The notes under the pieces are model-generated. The model was not told where the DNA came from and searched no databases. It saw nothing but the letters and a program-made list of their open reading frames with translations. Shown here one piece after another: positions 28,476 through 37,839 of a DNA stretch of 64,000 nucleotides. The stretch covers positions 267,702 through 331,701 of the forward strand of contig CAZQZO010000001.1 in the NCBI GenBank assembly GCA_964597855.1, written 5' to 3'. How positions within the stretch are numbered: the stretch's first letter is position 1; the number at the start of each line of letters is the position of its first letter. Origin of the DNA: an uncultured Halobacteriales archaeon (GTDB taxonomy: Archaea; Halobacteriota; Halobacteria; Halobacteriales; Hikarchaeaceae). A program made the translations under genes and the position numbers.

Positions 28476-29387
28476 ATGAAAAAGAGGAAGGTAATCACTC
28501 TTGCAATTGAAGATTCACTTTCCTCTATCCAACGAGTAGATGATATCAAAACAAAACTCGAATCCCGTAATTATACTGTAGAACTACAAAAAACCAAAAA
28601 ACCCGACACACCACCTTCTAAAAATTTCACCGACCGCATCAAAAAACAAGAGAAATTTATTAAACATTTAAATCAAAAAGTGTTGGAATCTGAAGTCGAC
28701 GGAGCCGTCTACTCTTTAACCCATTTCCCAACTAATTCACCTCCTGAATTGATTTTATCAAGCATAACCCGACAAGATGTCATCCGAGATGTGTTGCTCA
28801 CTTTTGACGGAAGCACCCTATCAAAATTGCCCAACAAAACTATTGTTGGATTGTCTAATCATAGAAACGCCAAACAACTCCATTCTATTCGCCCAGAACT
28901 CGCACAAGAATTTTTGTTCGAAGAACCACACTCTCAATTTGAAAATTGGTTTTCACATGACCAAAAAAACAAAGCACTTCTATTACCTTTTGAAGACTTA
29001 AATCCTGAAAAATTTTCAAACCAAGCAAAAACTTTTTTTGTCCCTCTAAAACACTTCGTTCCAGCGCCCTGCCAAGGAACTTTGTCGATAGCCTCTCTCG
29101 ATGACACCAAATTAAGCACAACCCTGTACAACCTATTAGACAATCCCCGGTCACGCGTCGAGGCAATAACTGAAAGAGTAATCTTATCTCATATAGACTC
29201 AAAATTGGTTCCTTCCGCTGGGATTCACGCAACCGTAAGAGGCGAAACTGTACATGTAATGGTTCAATTCTTCAGCGATCTCCCTGATAAAAATATCAAT
29301 ACACACCGAGATTTACCCATTAGAACTTATTTAGAGTCTGCAACCGAGTTCGCCACCGATTTGAACACAATGGTGAACGAATCTTGA
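28476..29387 (+). CDS. Hydroxymethylbilane synthase (HemC)-like protein lacking the canonical catalytic and cofactor residues
   Basis: Collinear similarity to HemC: FVPAPCQGTLSIAS vs LPAVGQGA(L/V)xIE; AVYSLTHFP vs AVHSMKDVP; ERVILSHIDSKLVPSAG vs ERAxxxxLEGGCQVPIG. Asp84, several Arg residues and the dipyrromethane-binding Cys are substituted. The longest ORF starts at TTG 28455; ATG 28476 is preferred. Confidence 0.6.
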   Translation: MKKRKVITLAIEDSLSSIQRVDDIKTKLESRNYTVELQKTKKPDTPPSKNFTDRIKKQEKFIKHLNQKVLESEVDGAVYSLTHFPTNSPPELILSSITRQDVIRDVLLTFDGSTLSKLPNKTIVGLSNHRNAKQLHSIRPELAQEFLFEEPHSQFENWFSHDQKNKALLLPFEDLNPEKFSNQAKTFFVPLKHFVPAPCQGTLSIASLDDTKLSTTLYNLLDNPRSRVEAITERVILSHIDSKLVPSAGIHATVRGETVHVMVQFFSDLPDKNINTHRDLPIRTYLESATEFATDLNTMVNES

Positions 29388-30835
29388 CCGATTCATCAAT
29401 CACCCAATTAAAAAATAGAGCAACACAATGTGCCAAATATATTCTAGACTCTAACTCTGTCCTATGCATTTCCCATATAGATGCTGATGGCTTAACTAGC
29501 GCAGCAATAGCAACTCAAGCTATCAAACGAGCGGGAATTCCAATTTCAACTGCATTTTCTAAGAGATTAGGCGAACCAGAACTACAACAATTGACAAAAA
29601 CTAATTATGACACAATTCTTTTCACAGATTTTGGAAGTGGGCAATTAGAACAAATAATAGAATATGGTGAAAAAGGAAACTTTACACCTGTCATTTGCGA
29701 TCACCACCAACTCTCAGTCACCCCTTCTGATTCTTCACCACTCTCAAACGATTTTGACTTTCATTTAAATCCACTTTTATTTGGAATTGATGGGGCATCT
29801 GAGCTGTCTGGTGCAGGAACCTGTTATTTACTTGCAAGAGCTTTAGAGTCCGAAGGGGTCGATAATAGGGACTTAGCAGCACTTGCTATTATAGGCGCAA
29901 TCGGGGATATGCAAGCAAGGACAGAAGGATTGATTGGCCCAAATAAACAAATAGCACAAGAAGGCGCAGAAAAAGGCGTATTGAATATAAAACTTGGTTT
30001 GGCTTTTTATGGAAAACAAACTAGACCTCTACCCAAATTACTAGAATATTCTTCTGAATTTGGGATACCTGGTATCTCTAATGACTCTTCCGGTGCTATC
30101 CATTTCCTCAAAAGTTTAAACATCGACCTACGTGGGAATGGTAAGTGGAAAGCTTGGGCGGAGCTTTCCCATTCTGAACAAAAAACAATACTTAACGGTT
30201 TAGTTAGACATTCAATTTCCCGCGGAATCTCCCCCGATAAAATAAATTCTTTTGTTTCCCCTATTTATGAATTAGAAAATGAAATTATAGGAACCGAACT
30301 CCGAGAGGCAAATGAATTTTCTACAATTTTAAATGCAACAGCAAGGTACGGACGCCCCGACGTTGGTTTGTCCATATGTCTCGGCGACCGCGATAAATCA
30401 TTATCAAGGGCAAAAAATTTGCTAGCCATACATAGAAGAAATCTAGCTGAAGGAATTGGTTTAGTTAATAGGGACGGTGTCCAAATGGAAGAAAACTTTC
30501 AATGGTTCCACGCAGAAGACAAAATCCGAGACACAATCGTGGGTATTGTTGCGGGGATGGTTTTGGGAATGGATGGAACTGACCCAAACAAACCCATTTT
30601 TGCCTTTGCAAAAACCGAAGAAGGCGATTTAAAAGTATCATCTAGAGGGAATTTATCCTTAGTAAAACAAGGATTAAATCTATCTGAAATAATGAGATTA
30701 TCTGCACAATCTGTTGGAGGAGAAGGTGGCGGACATGACATAGCAGCTGGAGCAACCATTCCTTTAAAAACAGAAAAATTATTCCTTGAACAAATCAAAA
30801 CCATACTCGAAGCTCAACTCTCCACCCAAGGTTAA
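29384..30835 (+). CDS. RecJ-like DHH/DHHA1 nuclease (archaeal GAN / Cdc45-RecJ homologue)
   Basis: DHH motifs I-IV are present (SHIDADG, FTDFG, CDHHQ, GAIGDMQ) along with DHHA1 GGGH (GGEGGGHDIAAGA). The TTG start overlaps the stop codon of the upstream HemC-like gene. Confidence 0.8.
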   Translation: MTDSSITQLKNRATQCAKYILDSNSVLCISHIDADGLTSAAIATQAIKRAGIPISTAFSKRLGEPELQQLTKTNYDTILFTDFGSGQLEQIIEYGEKGNFTPVICDHHQLSVTPSDSSPLSNDFDFHLNPLLFGIDGASELSGAGTCYLLARALESEGVDNRDLAALAIIGAIGDMQARTEGLIGPNKQIAQEGAEKGVLNIKLGLAFYGKQTRPLPKLLEYSSEFGIPGISNDSSGAIHFLKSLNIDLRGNGKWKAWAELSHSEQKTILNGLVRHSISRGISPDKINSFVSPIYELENEIIGTELREANEFSTILNATARYGRPDVGLSICLGDRDKSLSRAKNLLAIHRRNLAEGIGLVNRDGVQMEENFQWFHAEDKIRDTIVGIVAGMVLGMDGTDPNKPIFAFAKTEEGDLKVSSRGNLSLVKQGLNLSEIMRLSAQSVGGEGGGHDIAAGATIPLKTEKLFLEQIKTILEAQLSTQG

Positions 30836-30840
30836 CAAAT

Positions 30841-31161
30841 ATGTCTGAATTTAATCCATCCTCCTTTGAAAATAAATATGTCAATTATCTCCTAGAATTA
30901 GAAACCGCTTATAAAAACGCATTTTCTACTATGTTAGAACGGTTTGACTCCAAAGTTATTCACGCAATCGATCAAGGAGTTCTAGTTAAAAGTGAACCCA
31001 TCTATGAAAACGGAGAGTTTCAGATCATCTTACCCGAAAACCCCGGGGCATTAATGGGATCTGTTTTAATTGACAACGAAACTTTGAACCAAATCCTAGA
31101 AGAATACACGATTGAATTAACAAGAGAATTAAAATTTATCTTTGGAATGGACTCACAATGA
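30841..31161 (+). CDS. Hypothetical protein (106 aa)
   Basis: The ORF starts 5 nt after the recJ-like stop codon, so it is probably co-transcribed. No motif recognised. Confidence 0.45.
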   Translation: MSEFNPSSFENKYVNYLLELETAYKNAFSTMLERFDSKVIHAIDQGVLVKSEPIYENGEFQIILPENPGALMGSVLIDNETLNQILEEYTIELTRELKFIFGMDSQ

Positions 31162-31180
31162 GGGAATTTATTTTTTATAA

Positions 31181-32695
31181 ATGGGGCATTTCAATATGGT
31201 AATCAAAAATCAGAATATACTTCTCATTGTGATGGACACCGTGCGAAGAGACCGCCTCTCAATTTATGGATATGATAAAGAAGTGTGCCCATCTTTGGAA
31301 GAACTATCCAAAGAAGCTCTGGTTCTGGAACATGCCATCTCTCCCGCACCCTGGACGCTCCCTGTACATGCTTCTTTATTCACAGGTCTATACCCTAGTG
31401 AACATGGGGCAAGTCAAGAGCGACCATATCTTCCAAAAGACTCTGTCACTCTAGCCACTTCCCTATCTAAAAGTGGATATTCGACCGCTTGCTATTCTTC
31501 AAACGCATGGATAACACCATATACTGGTTTGACATCCGGATTTGAGGACATAGACAGTTTTTTTGAAATCATTCCCCGGCCCCTGCTATCTAAACCAGTA
31601 GCAGCATTTTATGCCTGGTTTTGGAGAAAAATAAATTCTCAACCACGATTCAATTCCTTCGCAACCAAATTAGTTGAAATGGGAAATGAAATCCATGAGT
31701 ATCTCTCAGTTAATAGCAAATTATCGGATTCAAAAACACCAACAGTCATTGATAAAACTATCAATTTCATAGATTCACATGACCAATATTTTGTATTTAT
31801 TAATTTAATGGATGCTCACCTTCCTTATAACCCCCCTCAAAATTGTAGAGATAAATTTGCCCCCAATGCCGATCCAAATTCTGTGTGCCAAAACTCTAAA
31901 GAATACAATTCTGGAGCCCGAGATATTTCTCAAGATGAGTGGGATCAAATCCGTCAATTATACGATGCTGAAATATATCATCTGGACTCGCAACTAGGTA
32001 GGCTATTCGATTGGATGAAAGCAAACAAAAAATGGGATGAAACATTGATAATAGTCTGCGCCGACCACGGAGAACTACACGGAGAACACGATCTATATGG
32101 GCACGAATTTTGTATTTATGATCAACTTGTCCACGTCCCCTTATTGATCAAACACAATGACATCTCTAAAAACATCCAAAATTATCAAATAGAACTAATT
32201 GATTTATACCATACTATTATAGATGCCGCTGGAGGTTCGGTTGCGAAGAATGGAACTCCATTCAATAAAAAACGATCCCTTTTGTCTCCAAACTATCGTA
32301 AATTTGAAGGGTCCGAATTCGCATTTATTGAATATTCAAAACCAATTGTGGAGTTGCAACAACTAGAATCGAAAGCAAAAAAATCTAATATAACCATCGA
32401 TGAAAATTCTCGTTTCTATTCTCGAATGAGGGGTATACGAACTAAAGAAACAAAGTATATAAAAAACGAAACGATCATAGATGAATTTTATCAACTAGAC
32501 GAAGATCCTTGTGAATTAAAAAATAAAATTCATTCCAAAAATTCTACCATTCCCTTTCTTAAAAATTCCCTAGTTTCCTTCGAAACGGCCACTGGGGCAA
32601 ATTGGGATTCTGACACCGACCCCACTGAAGACACAACCTCTAACATGGATGAACAAGTACGCGATAGATTGCGAGATCTCGGCTATCTGGATTAA
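31181..32695 (+). CDS. Sulfatase-family (alkaline-phosphatase superfamily) hydrolase with a Thr nucleophile motif
   Basis: N-terminal metal site LLIVMDTVRRD. The nucleophile region PWTLPVHASLFTGLYPSEHG has TxPxH instead of the sulfatase C/SxPxR. A later CADHGE motif is also present. Confidence 0.7.
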   Translation: MGHFNMVIKNQNILLIVMDTVRRDRLSIYGYDKEVCPSLEELSKEALVLEHAISPAPWTLPVHASLFTGLYPSEHGASQERPYLPKDSVTLATSLSKSGYSTACYSSNAWITPYTGLTSGFEDIDSFFEIIPRPLLSKPVAAFYAWFWRKINSQPRFNSFATKLVEMGNEIHEYLSVNSKLSDSKTPTVIDKTINFIDSHDQYFVFINLMDAHLPYNPPQNCRDKFAPNADPNSVCQNSKEYNSGARDISQDEWDQIRQLYDAEIYHLDSQLGRLFDWMKANKKWDETLIIVCADHGELHGEHDLYGHEFCIYDQLVHVPLLIKHNDISKNIQNYQIELIDLYHTIIDAAGGSVAKNGTPFNKKRSLLSPNYRKFEGSEFAFIEYSKPIVELQQLESKAKKSNITIDENSRFYSRMRGIRTKETKYIKNETIIDEFYQLDEDPCELKNKIHSKNSTIPFLKNSLVSFETATGANWDSDTDPTEDTTSNMDEQVRDRLRDLGYLD

Positions 32696-35600
32696 TTTTC
32701 TCCTTTTATTTCCACAGGGGCAGAACTAAAATAACTTAGATCACTCTGTTTATTCTTATCATTCTCAAAAATGCTTTTCAACGATTTTTCAATGATATTC
32801 AATCGTTGTTTTGTATATTCTCTACATTCAAATTCATCTGCCATAAACTTCGCCGCTTCAAGATATTTCGAAATGGATTTTTGATGAACTGTTAAATGAA
32901 CTTTCCCTCCACATTGTCTACAGGTTCTTGATAACGGCATTCTTCTATATTTTATACTGCATGCAGGACAACGAGTTTCTTGACGCGAAAACGCACGAAG
33001 GTTTCCCAAAAGATCTGGAAGAAAATGATACTCGATAATTCGTTCTGCGACATCTGTTTCATCAACTGCTCTAATTTTTCTTGCTAGTCCCAACTGGGCA
33101 TCCAATTTATCTAACATAGGACCTAGGGTTTTGTAAGCCGATAATCTTGGACCCGATGCTATGTCGGAAGTGTCGTGTGTGTGTAAAAGATCTGCGTACA
33201 ATTTTCCTTTTTCAATGTCATCCCTGGCAAGTTTAACACTCACAGTGCTCGGATGTTCCAAACACATCGCCGCTTCGTAGAATTCAATTGGATATCTCTC
33301 AACACTATCAAGATTTTGCGCTTCGTCATCAATTTCAGTTGGATTAAGCACCGCAGACATCACTAGAGGTGCATCCATTTTACCTCCTCTCTTATCAGGT
33401 AAATAACTTCTACTGAAGTTTAATAAACCATCTAGAAGAAGCATCACACAATCTTCATCACCATCGCAATTTCTCCTTTTTGCTGCATGGAAATATGGAT
33501 GGGCATATCCCACTGATGCATTTGTGAATCCCAATATCCTTCCAACAACAGCAGCACTAGTATGCGGCGCTAGTCCTAACACCAATTCCCCGATCAAATC
33601 CTCATCACTTTGAATCTCATAAAATGGATCCAACCCATAATATTTCACCAACAAATCATCAATGAAATTCGCAGTATGTTTCAAATGCTCTGCAGCACCT
33701 TGGGATAATATAAGATCTTGAACACGTATTGGAATAAGCTGCTGCTCATCTTCTAATGGCTCCCCCTTTATATCAAATTCATATCCTATTTCTTGCAATT
33801 TTGCAATTGAAATTCCCAATTCAGCAGCACGAAAACTAGAAACTGGGAGGTCTGTCATATCATACCTTATAGTCCCATCTTTGAATGTGGTAACATTGTG
33901 TTTTGCTCTAAGAATTCCTTTTTCTATTGGTTCTGGAGTTTTATTCTTAGAAGTAAGTGCCTTTACACCTTTGAGGATCTCAAATGCACTTTCTCTTTCG
34001 TTTACCATCTTTAATGCCTCCTTGTATATCTCTTCTAATCCAATCTTATCAAAAAATTCAGGCCGGGATTTCGACCCACATCTGGGGCACGGCATCTCTA
34101 CGCCTTCGCTATTTTGACCATACCTTGATTTGCACTTTCCACAACGATATATTTGAGAAGCTTTCTCACCACATTGTTGACAAAAAAACCGATGGGTTTC
34201 TACATGACAACCGGTGCACATCCTCTTTCCAATTTCAGTTTTTATCAATCCTTTCTTGGCATACACACGCTCGAATGATTTTGATGCGAGGGATATATTC
34301 CTCCTGTCTCCTCCCGCTTCTCCCAATGGAAAAAGAGAGTGAACCGAGGGGCTCATTTCACGTGACTCCGATTTCTCGGGCCTTCCCATTCTCCCACCCA
34401 TTCGCGTCGGAGCCCGTTCTCTAATAGTGAATGGGGATACTTCATTAACAACTTTCATAGCATTTGGCCATGCCGCTGCCTCTGGGGTAATCGATTCCCA
34501 CAACTTAGTTAGGTCTTCAGAAAGACCTAACGAGATAATAAAAGGGAAGGGATCTTTGATCTCAATCTCTTCTAAAATCTTATGTTCTATTAACAAAGAC
34601 TCGAGAATTTCTTTAATACTTGAACTAAATTCTATAAACAAAGCCCCATCTGAGATATGCCCCTTTGAAACTCCATCACTAATTTCTTCAAATTGCATCG
34701 GTGTGATGTCGTGCCATAAATACGTATATTTTGGGTGTAGTGGGATTTTTAATTCTTTTGACCACTTAACAACTTGGGTGGAAGTTGGGTCTTCAAATTT
34801 GATATCCCCTGCGTCCAACAAAGATTGCATATCTATTCCTTCTTTTTCACCGTCTAAAATCCACCATTCTACCACATACGACGAGGGTAACAAATCACGA
34901 TTATTCTCTACAAACTCTCCAAAACCAATTAAACACTCTCCCACATCAATGATGCTGTCTATCTCCCCCTTAATGCCTACAACCTCTTCAATAGTCTTCA
35001 CACGGAGAACTTCCCCTGAATTCAATCTTACAGTTGGGCCTTCTATAGTATCCACTGGAACAACACCTGCAGCTTTACCTGGATATTCTGTTTTCAACTG
35101 AGTCCCCGGAGCAAGAAAGTCATCAAGTATGTGCATAGTGGCTGGATGTATTCCTATAGTTGACAAACCTGTATTTCTAGCCCGTCCATATCTCAGCCTA
35201 AATCCACCCGGACGAGAGGGATGTGAAAAAACAGGCCTTCCTGCAATCAAATCCCGTAAATATTTATCTTCTGGTTTAGCACGTTTGGGACCTTCTTCTC
35301 CATCTGTTATTTCCTCCACTTCTTTCGGCGCATTTTCTTCTGAAAATTTCCCTTTGATAAGATCATTTAACCATGGCCATTCAATTCCTTTCAATTGCGA
35401 AGTGTATCTCTCAATTTTTGGAGCCTTCAGGGCAATTCCCTCTGCGAGAACAAGACACATACCGCCTCTGGATTTATTGGTTTTCACACGAGTCAAATCC
35501 CTATAACCCGATACTTCCATTTTCCCAGTTGGCTCCCCATCCAACATTATAGGGCAATTACGAGCAATAAATTTCGTCTCTTCAGCCGATGGGAGGTATT

Positions 35601-36183
35601 GCAAACTTGTCTCCCTAGCATATAGTTCAACCTCCTCGGCATAGCGCTCAATTTCTTCTTCTAATGGCTTGTAATTAGAAATACCTAGTATAGTCCGGAC
35701 ATAATCTGCAACTAACACCGACAACGCTTGTGCAGTCCCACCTGCAGATCGTATTGGGCCTGCATAAAAAACACGAACAAATTCAGTCCCATCACTATTG
35801 CCACAGATCTCAACTCTGTCTATCCCTTCCAGTGGTGCCGCAACTACCCCTTCTGTCAACAACGCCACAGCAGTTCGGATAGCCCCTTCGATTATTCCCT
35901 CATGCGTATCATAATCTCCGACCTTTCCCTCTGCAAAATCTTTGGCCAATTCCAGTGCTATTTCTTCTCTCCCCATATTTTCTTCAAGTTCCCTAATCCG
36001 ATCTGAGAGGCCACTTATCCCAAGTAAATTTTCTATTCTTCCTGCCATGTCGTTCGCGATTGGTATTTCCACCTTAGAACTAGGATCTTTACCCATCTTT
36101 CTCGCAGTTTTAGCAACAAGTAAACATTCCTCCACTTGACTCTCTATTTGTTCAAAATAAGAATCATATTCTGGACGCATCAA
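32692..36183 (-). CDS. polD2: DNA polymerase II (PolD) large catalytic subunit DP2
   Basis: 1163 aa. The conserved N-terminus is MRPEYDSYFEQIE...AKDFAEGKVG. Zn-finger clusters are present (CTGCHVETHRFFCQQCG, CGKC...CPRCG, and C-terminal CPACS...CRQCGG). No intein-sized insertion is apparent. Confidence 0.93.
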   Translation of the reverse strand: MMRPEYDSYFEQIESQVEECLLVAKTARKMGKDPSSKVEIPIANDMAGRIENLLGISGLSDRIRELEENMGREEIALELAKDFAEGKVGDYDTHEGIIEGAIRTAVALLTEGVVAAPLEGIDRVEICGNSDGTEFVRVFYAGPIRSAGGTAQALSVLVADYVRTILGISNYKPLEEEIERYAEEVELYARETSLQYLPSAEETKFIARNCPIMLDGEPTGKMEVSGYRDLTRVKTNKSRGGMCLVLAEGIALKAPKIERYTSQLKGIEWPWLNDLIKGKFSEENAPKEVEEITDGEEGPKRAKPEDKYLRDLIAGRPVFSHPSRPGGFRLRYGRARNTGLSTIGIHPATMHILDDFLAPGTQLKTEYPGKAAGVVPVDTIEGPTVRLNSGEVLRVKTIEEVVGIKGEIDSIIDVGECLIGFGEFVENNRDLLPSSYVVEWWILDGEKEGIDMQSLLDAGDIKFEDPTSTQVVKWSKELKIPLHPKYTYLWHDITPMQFEEISDGVSKGHISDGALFIEFSSSIKEILESLLIEHKILEEIEIKDPFPFIISLGLSEDLTKLWESITPEAAAWPNAMKVVNEVSPFTIRERAPTRMGGRMGRPEKSESREMSPSVHSLFPLGEAGGDRRNISLASKSFERVYAKKGLIKTEIGKRMCTGCHVETHRFFCQQCGEKASQIYRCGKCKSRYGQNSEGVEMPCPRCGSKSRPEFFDKIGLEEIYKEALKMVNERESAFEILKGVKALTSKNKTPEPIEKGILRAKHNVTTFKDGTIRYDMTDLPVSSFRAAELGISIAKLQEIGYEFDIKGEPLEDEQQLIPIRVQDLILSQGAAEHLKHTANFIDDLLVKYYGLDPFYEIQSDEDLIGELVLGLAPHTSAAVVGRILGFTNASVGYAHPYFHAAKRRNCDGDEDCVMLLLDGLLNFSRSYLPDKRGGKMDAPLVMSAVLNPTEIDDEAQNLDSVERYPIEFYEAAMCLEHPSTVSVKLARDDIEKGKLYADLLHTHDTSDIASGPRLSAYKTLGPMLDKLDAQLGLARKIRAVDETDVAERIIEYHFLPDLLGNLRAFSRQETRCPACSIKYRRMPLSRTCRQCGGKVHLTVHQKSISKYLEAAKFMADEFECREYTKQRLNIIEKSLKSIFENDKNKQSDLSYFSSAPVEIKGEN

Positions 36184-36278
36184 CTATCTAGAGGAACGGG
36201 TATGAGATACAATCTTCGGAGATATTTTTGAACCCCTTCCGTAGCAAGGCATATGTGCGCTGCCACCAATTGTCTCCC

Positions 36279-36482
36279 ATGTTCAATTCCGAACCATGCG
36301 ATGGATGTTCTCGATCAATATCTGATGCCCTTTCTCGAACTGTCAGATTGATAGTCGATCAAAGAGACGTGGATGCTCAACGATTATGCCCCGATTGCTT
36401 CGCATCTTGGATTCGCCGTTATGAATCTGAAATGCAACTTTCCCATCAAGTCGTTAGTACAGATGATATAATTGTTGATTAG
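36279..36482 (+). CDS. Small zinc-ribbon protein (CPxCG-related type), hypothetical
   Basis: CDGC...CPDC pair in a 67-aa product counted from ATG 36279. The longest ORF begins at TTG 36228. Confidence 0.4.
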   Translation: MFNSEPCDGCSRSISDALSRTVRLIVDQRDVDAQRLCPDCFASWIRRYESEMQLSHQVVSTDDIIVD

Positions 36483-36490
36483 AATTCTAT

Positions 36491-36994
36491 CTATTCTATC
36501 CCTATCTTTCTAACAAAATCTAGTGATATCAACTCATTGACCAGTTCACCTGGTAATTGCTCATCAGTAATTATATATAATTTTGGTTCATCTGTAAACT
36601 CTGGATCTTCACTTATCGTTTGACGTATTGATATATTTTGTTTTGCTATCAACGATGTGACTGTTGAAACAATACCTGGGTTAGCAGCGTGATTTACCTC
36701 GACAGTTAACACAGATAGTTTTAACACTGGGGCCAAATCCCGAAGACTAGGTATGGATGAAATATTTTGAAAAATGGGTCTCAATTCCTCATCCTGAAGT
36801 ATGGTATTTGTAGTCGAATCCACCACCCTCCGATCAATCCCCAACTCTCCTGCAATTTGTGTGTGTGGAATTTCAATCGACCCTGATACCACTCTCCCAG
36901 TATCGTTGACAGAGAACCCTCTAGTTAATAAAAGTCGAATAACTTCTTGCTGACTAGGACTCCCTTTAAATTTCCGCATAATTATATCAAACAT
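36491..36994 (-). CDS. ACT-domain regulator of amino-acid metabolism (COG2150-like)
   Basis: N-terminal HTH-like segment (SQQEVIRLLLTRGFSVNDTGRV) and a C-terminal ACT-like ligand-binding domain. Confidence 0.6.
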   Translation of the reverse strand: MFDIIMRKFKGSPSQQEVIRLLLTRGFSVNDTGRVVSGSIEIPHTQIAGELGIDRRVVDSTTNTILQDEELRPIFQNISSIPSLRDLAPVLKLSVLTVEVNHAANPGIVSTVTSLIAKQNISIRQTISEDPEFTDEPKLYIITDEQLPGELVNELISLDFVRKIGIE

Positions 36995-37034
36995 TTTATC
37001 TTACCTATACCCTCCTGAGCCTTAGTCGTATGGG

Positions 37035-37727
37035 CTAAAGCCCCCCTTTCGTACTTGGAGTCCCCTCTCTTCTCCCATCTATCTGGCTCGCATCGTCGAT
37101 TGCTTTACCAACTGCTTTGAATAAAGCTTCAATTTCGTGATGCGCATTTTCACCCTTCACGGAACAGTGTAATGTGACCCCTGAACTCATGGCAAAACTC
37201 CTAAAAAAATGAGGTGCCATGCCACTTGTGAAATTCCCTATTTGCTCTTCACTAAATATCCCTTCAAATGAGAAATATGGCCTCCCACTGATATCAAGAA
37301 CAACCGAAGCCATTGACTCATCCATGGGGATATCCCTTTGAGCAAAACGGTTTATGCCAACTTTATCTCCCCACGCATCACAAAACGCTTTGCCCAATAC
37401 TATCCCGACATCTTCTATCGTGTGATGACTATCTACTTCTATATCCCCCTCTGCTTGTATTTCCAAATCAAACAAACCATGTGTTGCAAACGATTCTAGT
37501 ACGTGATCAAAAAAACCTATCCCTGTGTTTATATCCGACTCACCACGCCCATCGATATTCAATGCAAGTTCGATAGTAGTTTCATTAGTTTCTCTTCTTA
37601 TCTCCGCTTTTCTAGCTCTAGAACCTCCTTCTTCATTGTAAGAACCAACTCTACCTTTACACCACCTTTTGTGGGTTCCAATACCCCGCTCCGAAAAGCT
37701 TTCATTACAATATTCACATGTTGGCAT
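37035..37727 (-). CDS. hisB: Imidazoleglycerol-phosphate dehydratase with an N-terminal C2HC zinc-finger extension
   Basis: The HisB core starts at about residue 40 (AEIRRETNETTIELALNIDG, GIGFFDHVL, HHTIEDVG, HHEIEALFKA). Residues 1-38 (MPTCEYCNESFSERGIGTHKRWCKGR...) form a Cx2Cx11Hx3C pattern. There is no in-frame ATG/GTG/TTG between the first ATG and the core. Confidence 0.9.
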   Translation of the reverse strand: MPTCEYCNESFSERGIGTHKRWCKGRVGSYNEEGGSRARKAEIRRETNETTIELALNIDGRGESDINTGIGFFDHVLESFATHGLFDLEIQAEGDIEVDSHHTIEDVGIVLGKAFCDAWGDKVGINRFAQRDIPMDESMASVVLDISGRPYFSFEGIFSEEQIGNFTSGMAPHFFRSFAMSSGVTLHCSVKGENAHHEIEALFKAVGKAIDDASQIDGRREGTPSTKGGL

Positions 37728-37767
37728 GTCGCTACACTTAGCTACTACCTTACATAAACATTTCTTT

Positions 37768-37839
37768 TTATGCGGACTCTATATGCGGATTATATATTTT
37801 TAAAAACATCTTATGGGGACTCTATATGCGGATTATATA
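37768..37839. repeat. Two copies of a 29-bp direct repeat (1 mismatch), 43-bp period, in the hisB-hisA spacer
   Basis: TTATGCGGACTCTATATGCGGATTATATA (37768-37796) and TTATGGGGACTCTATATGCGGATTATATA (37811-37839). Each copy contains the TATGCGGA half-site twice (the first half-site of copy 2 is TATGGGGA). Copy 2 overlaps the hisA stop codon. Confidence 0.85.
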
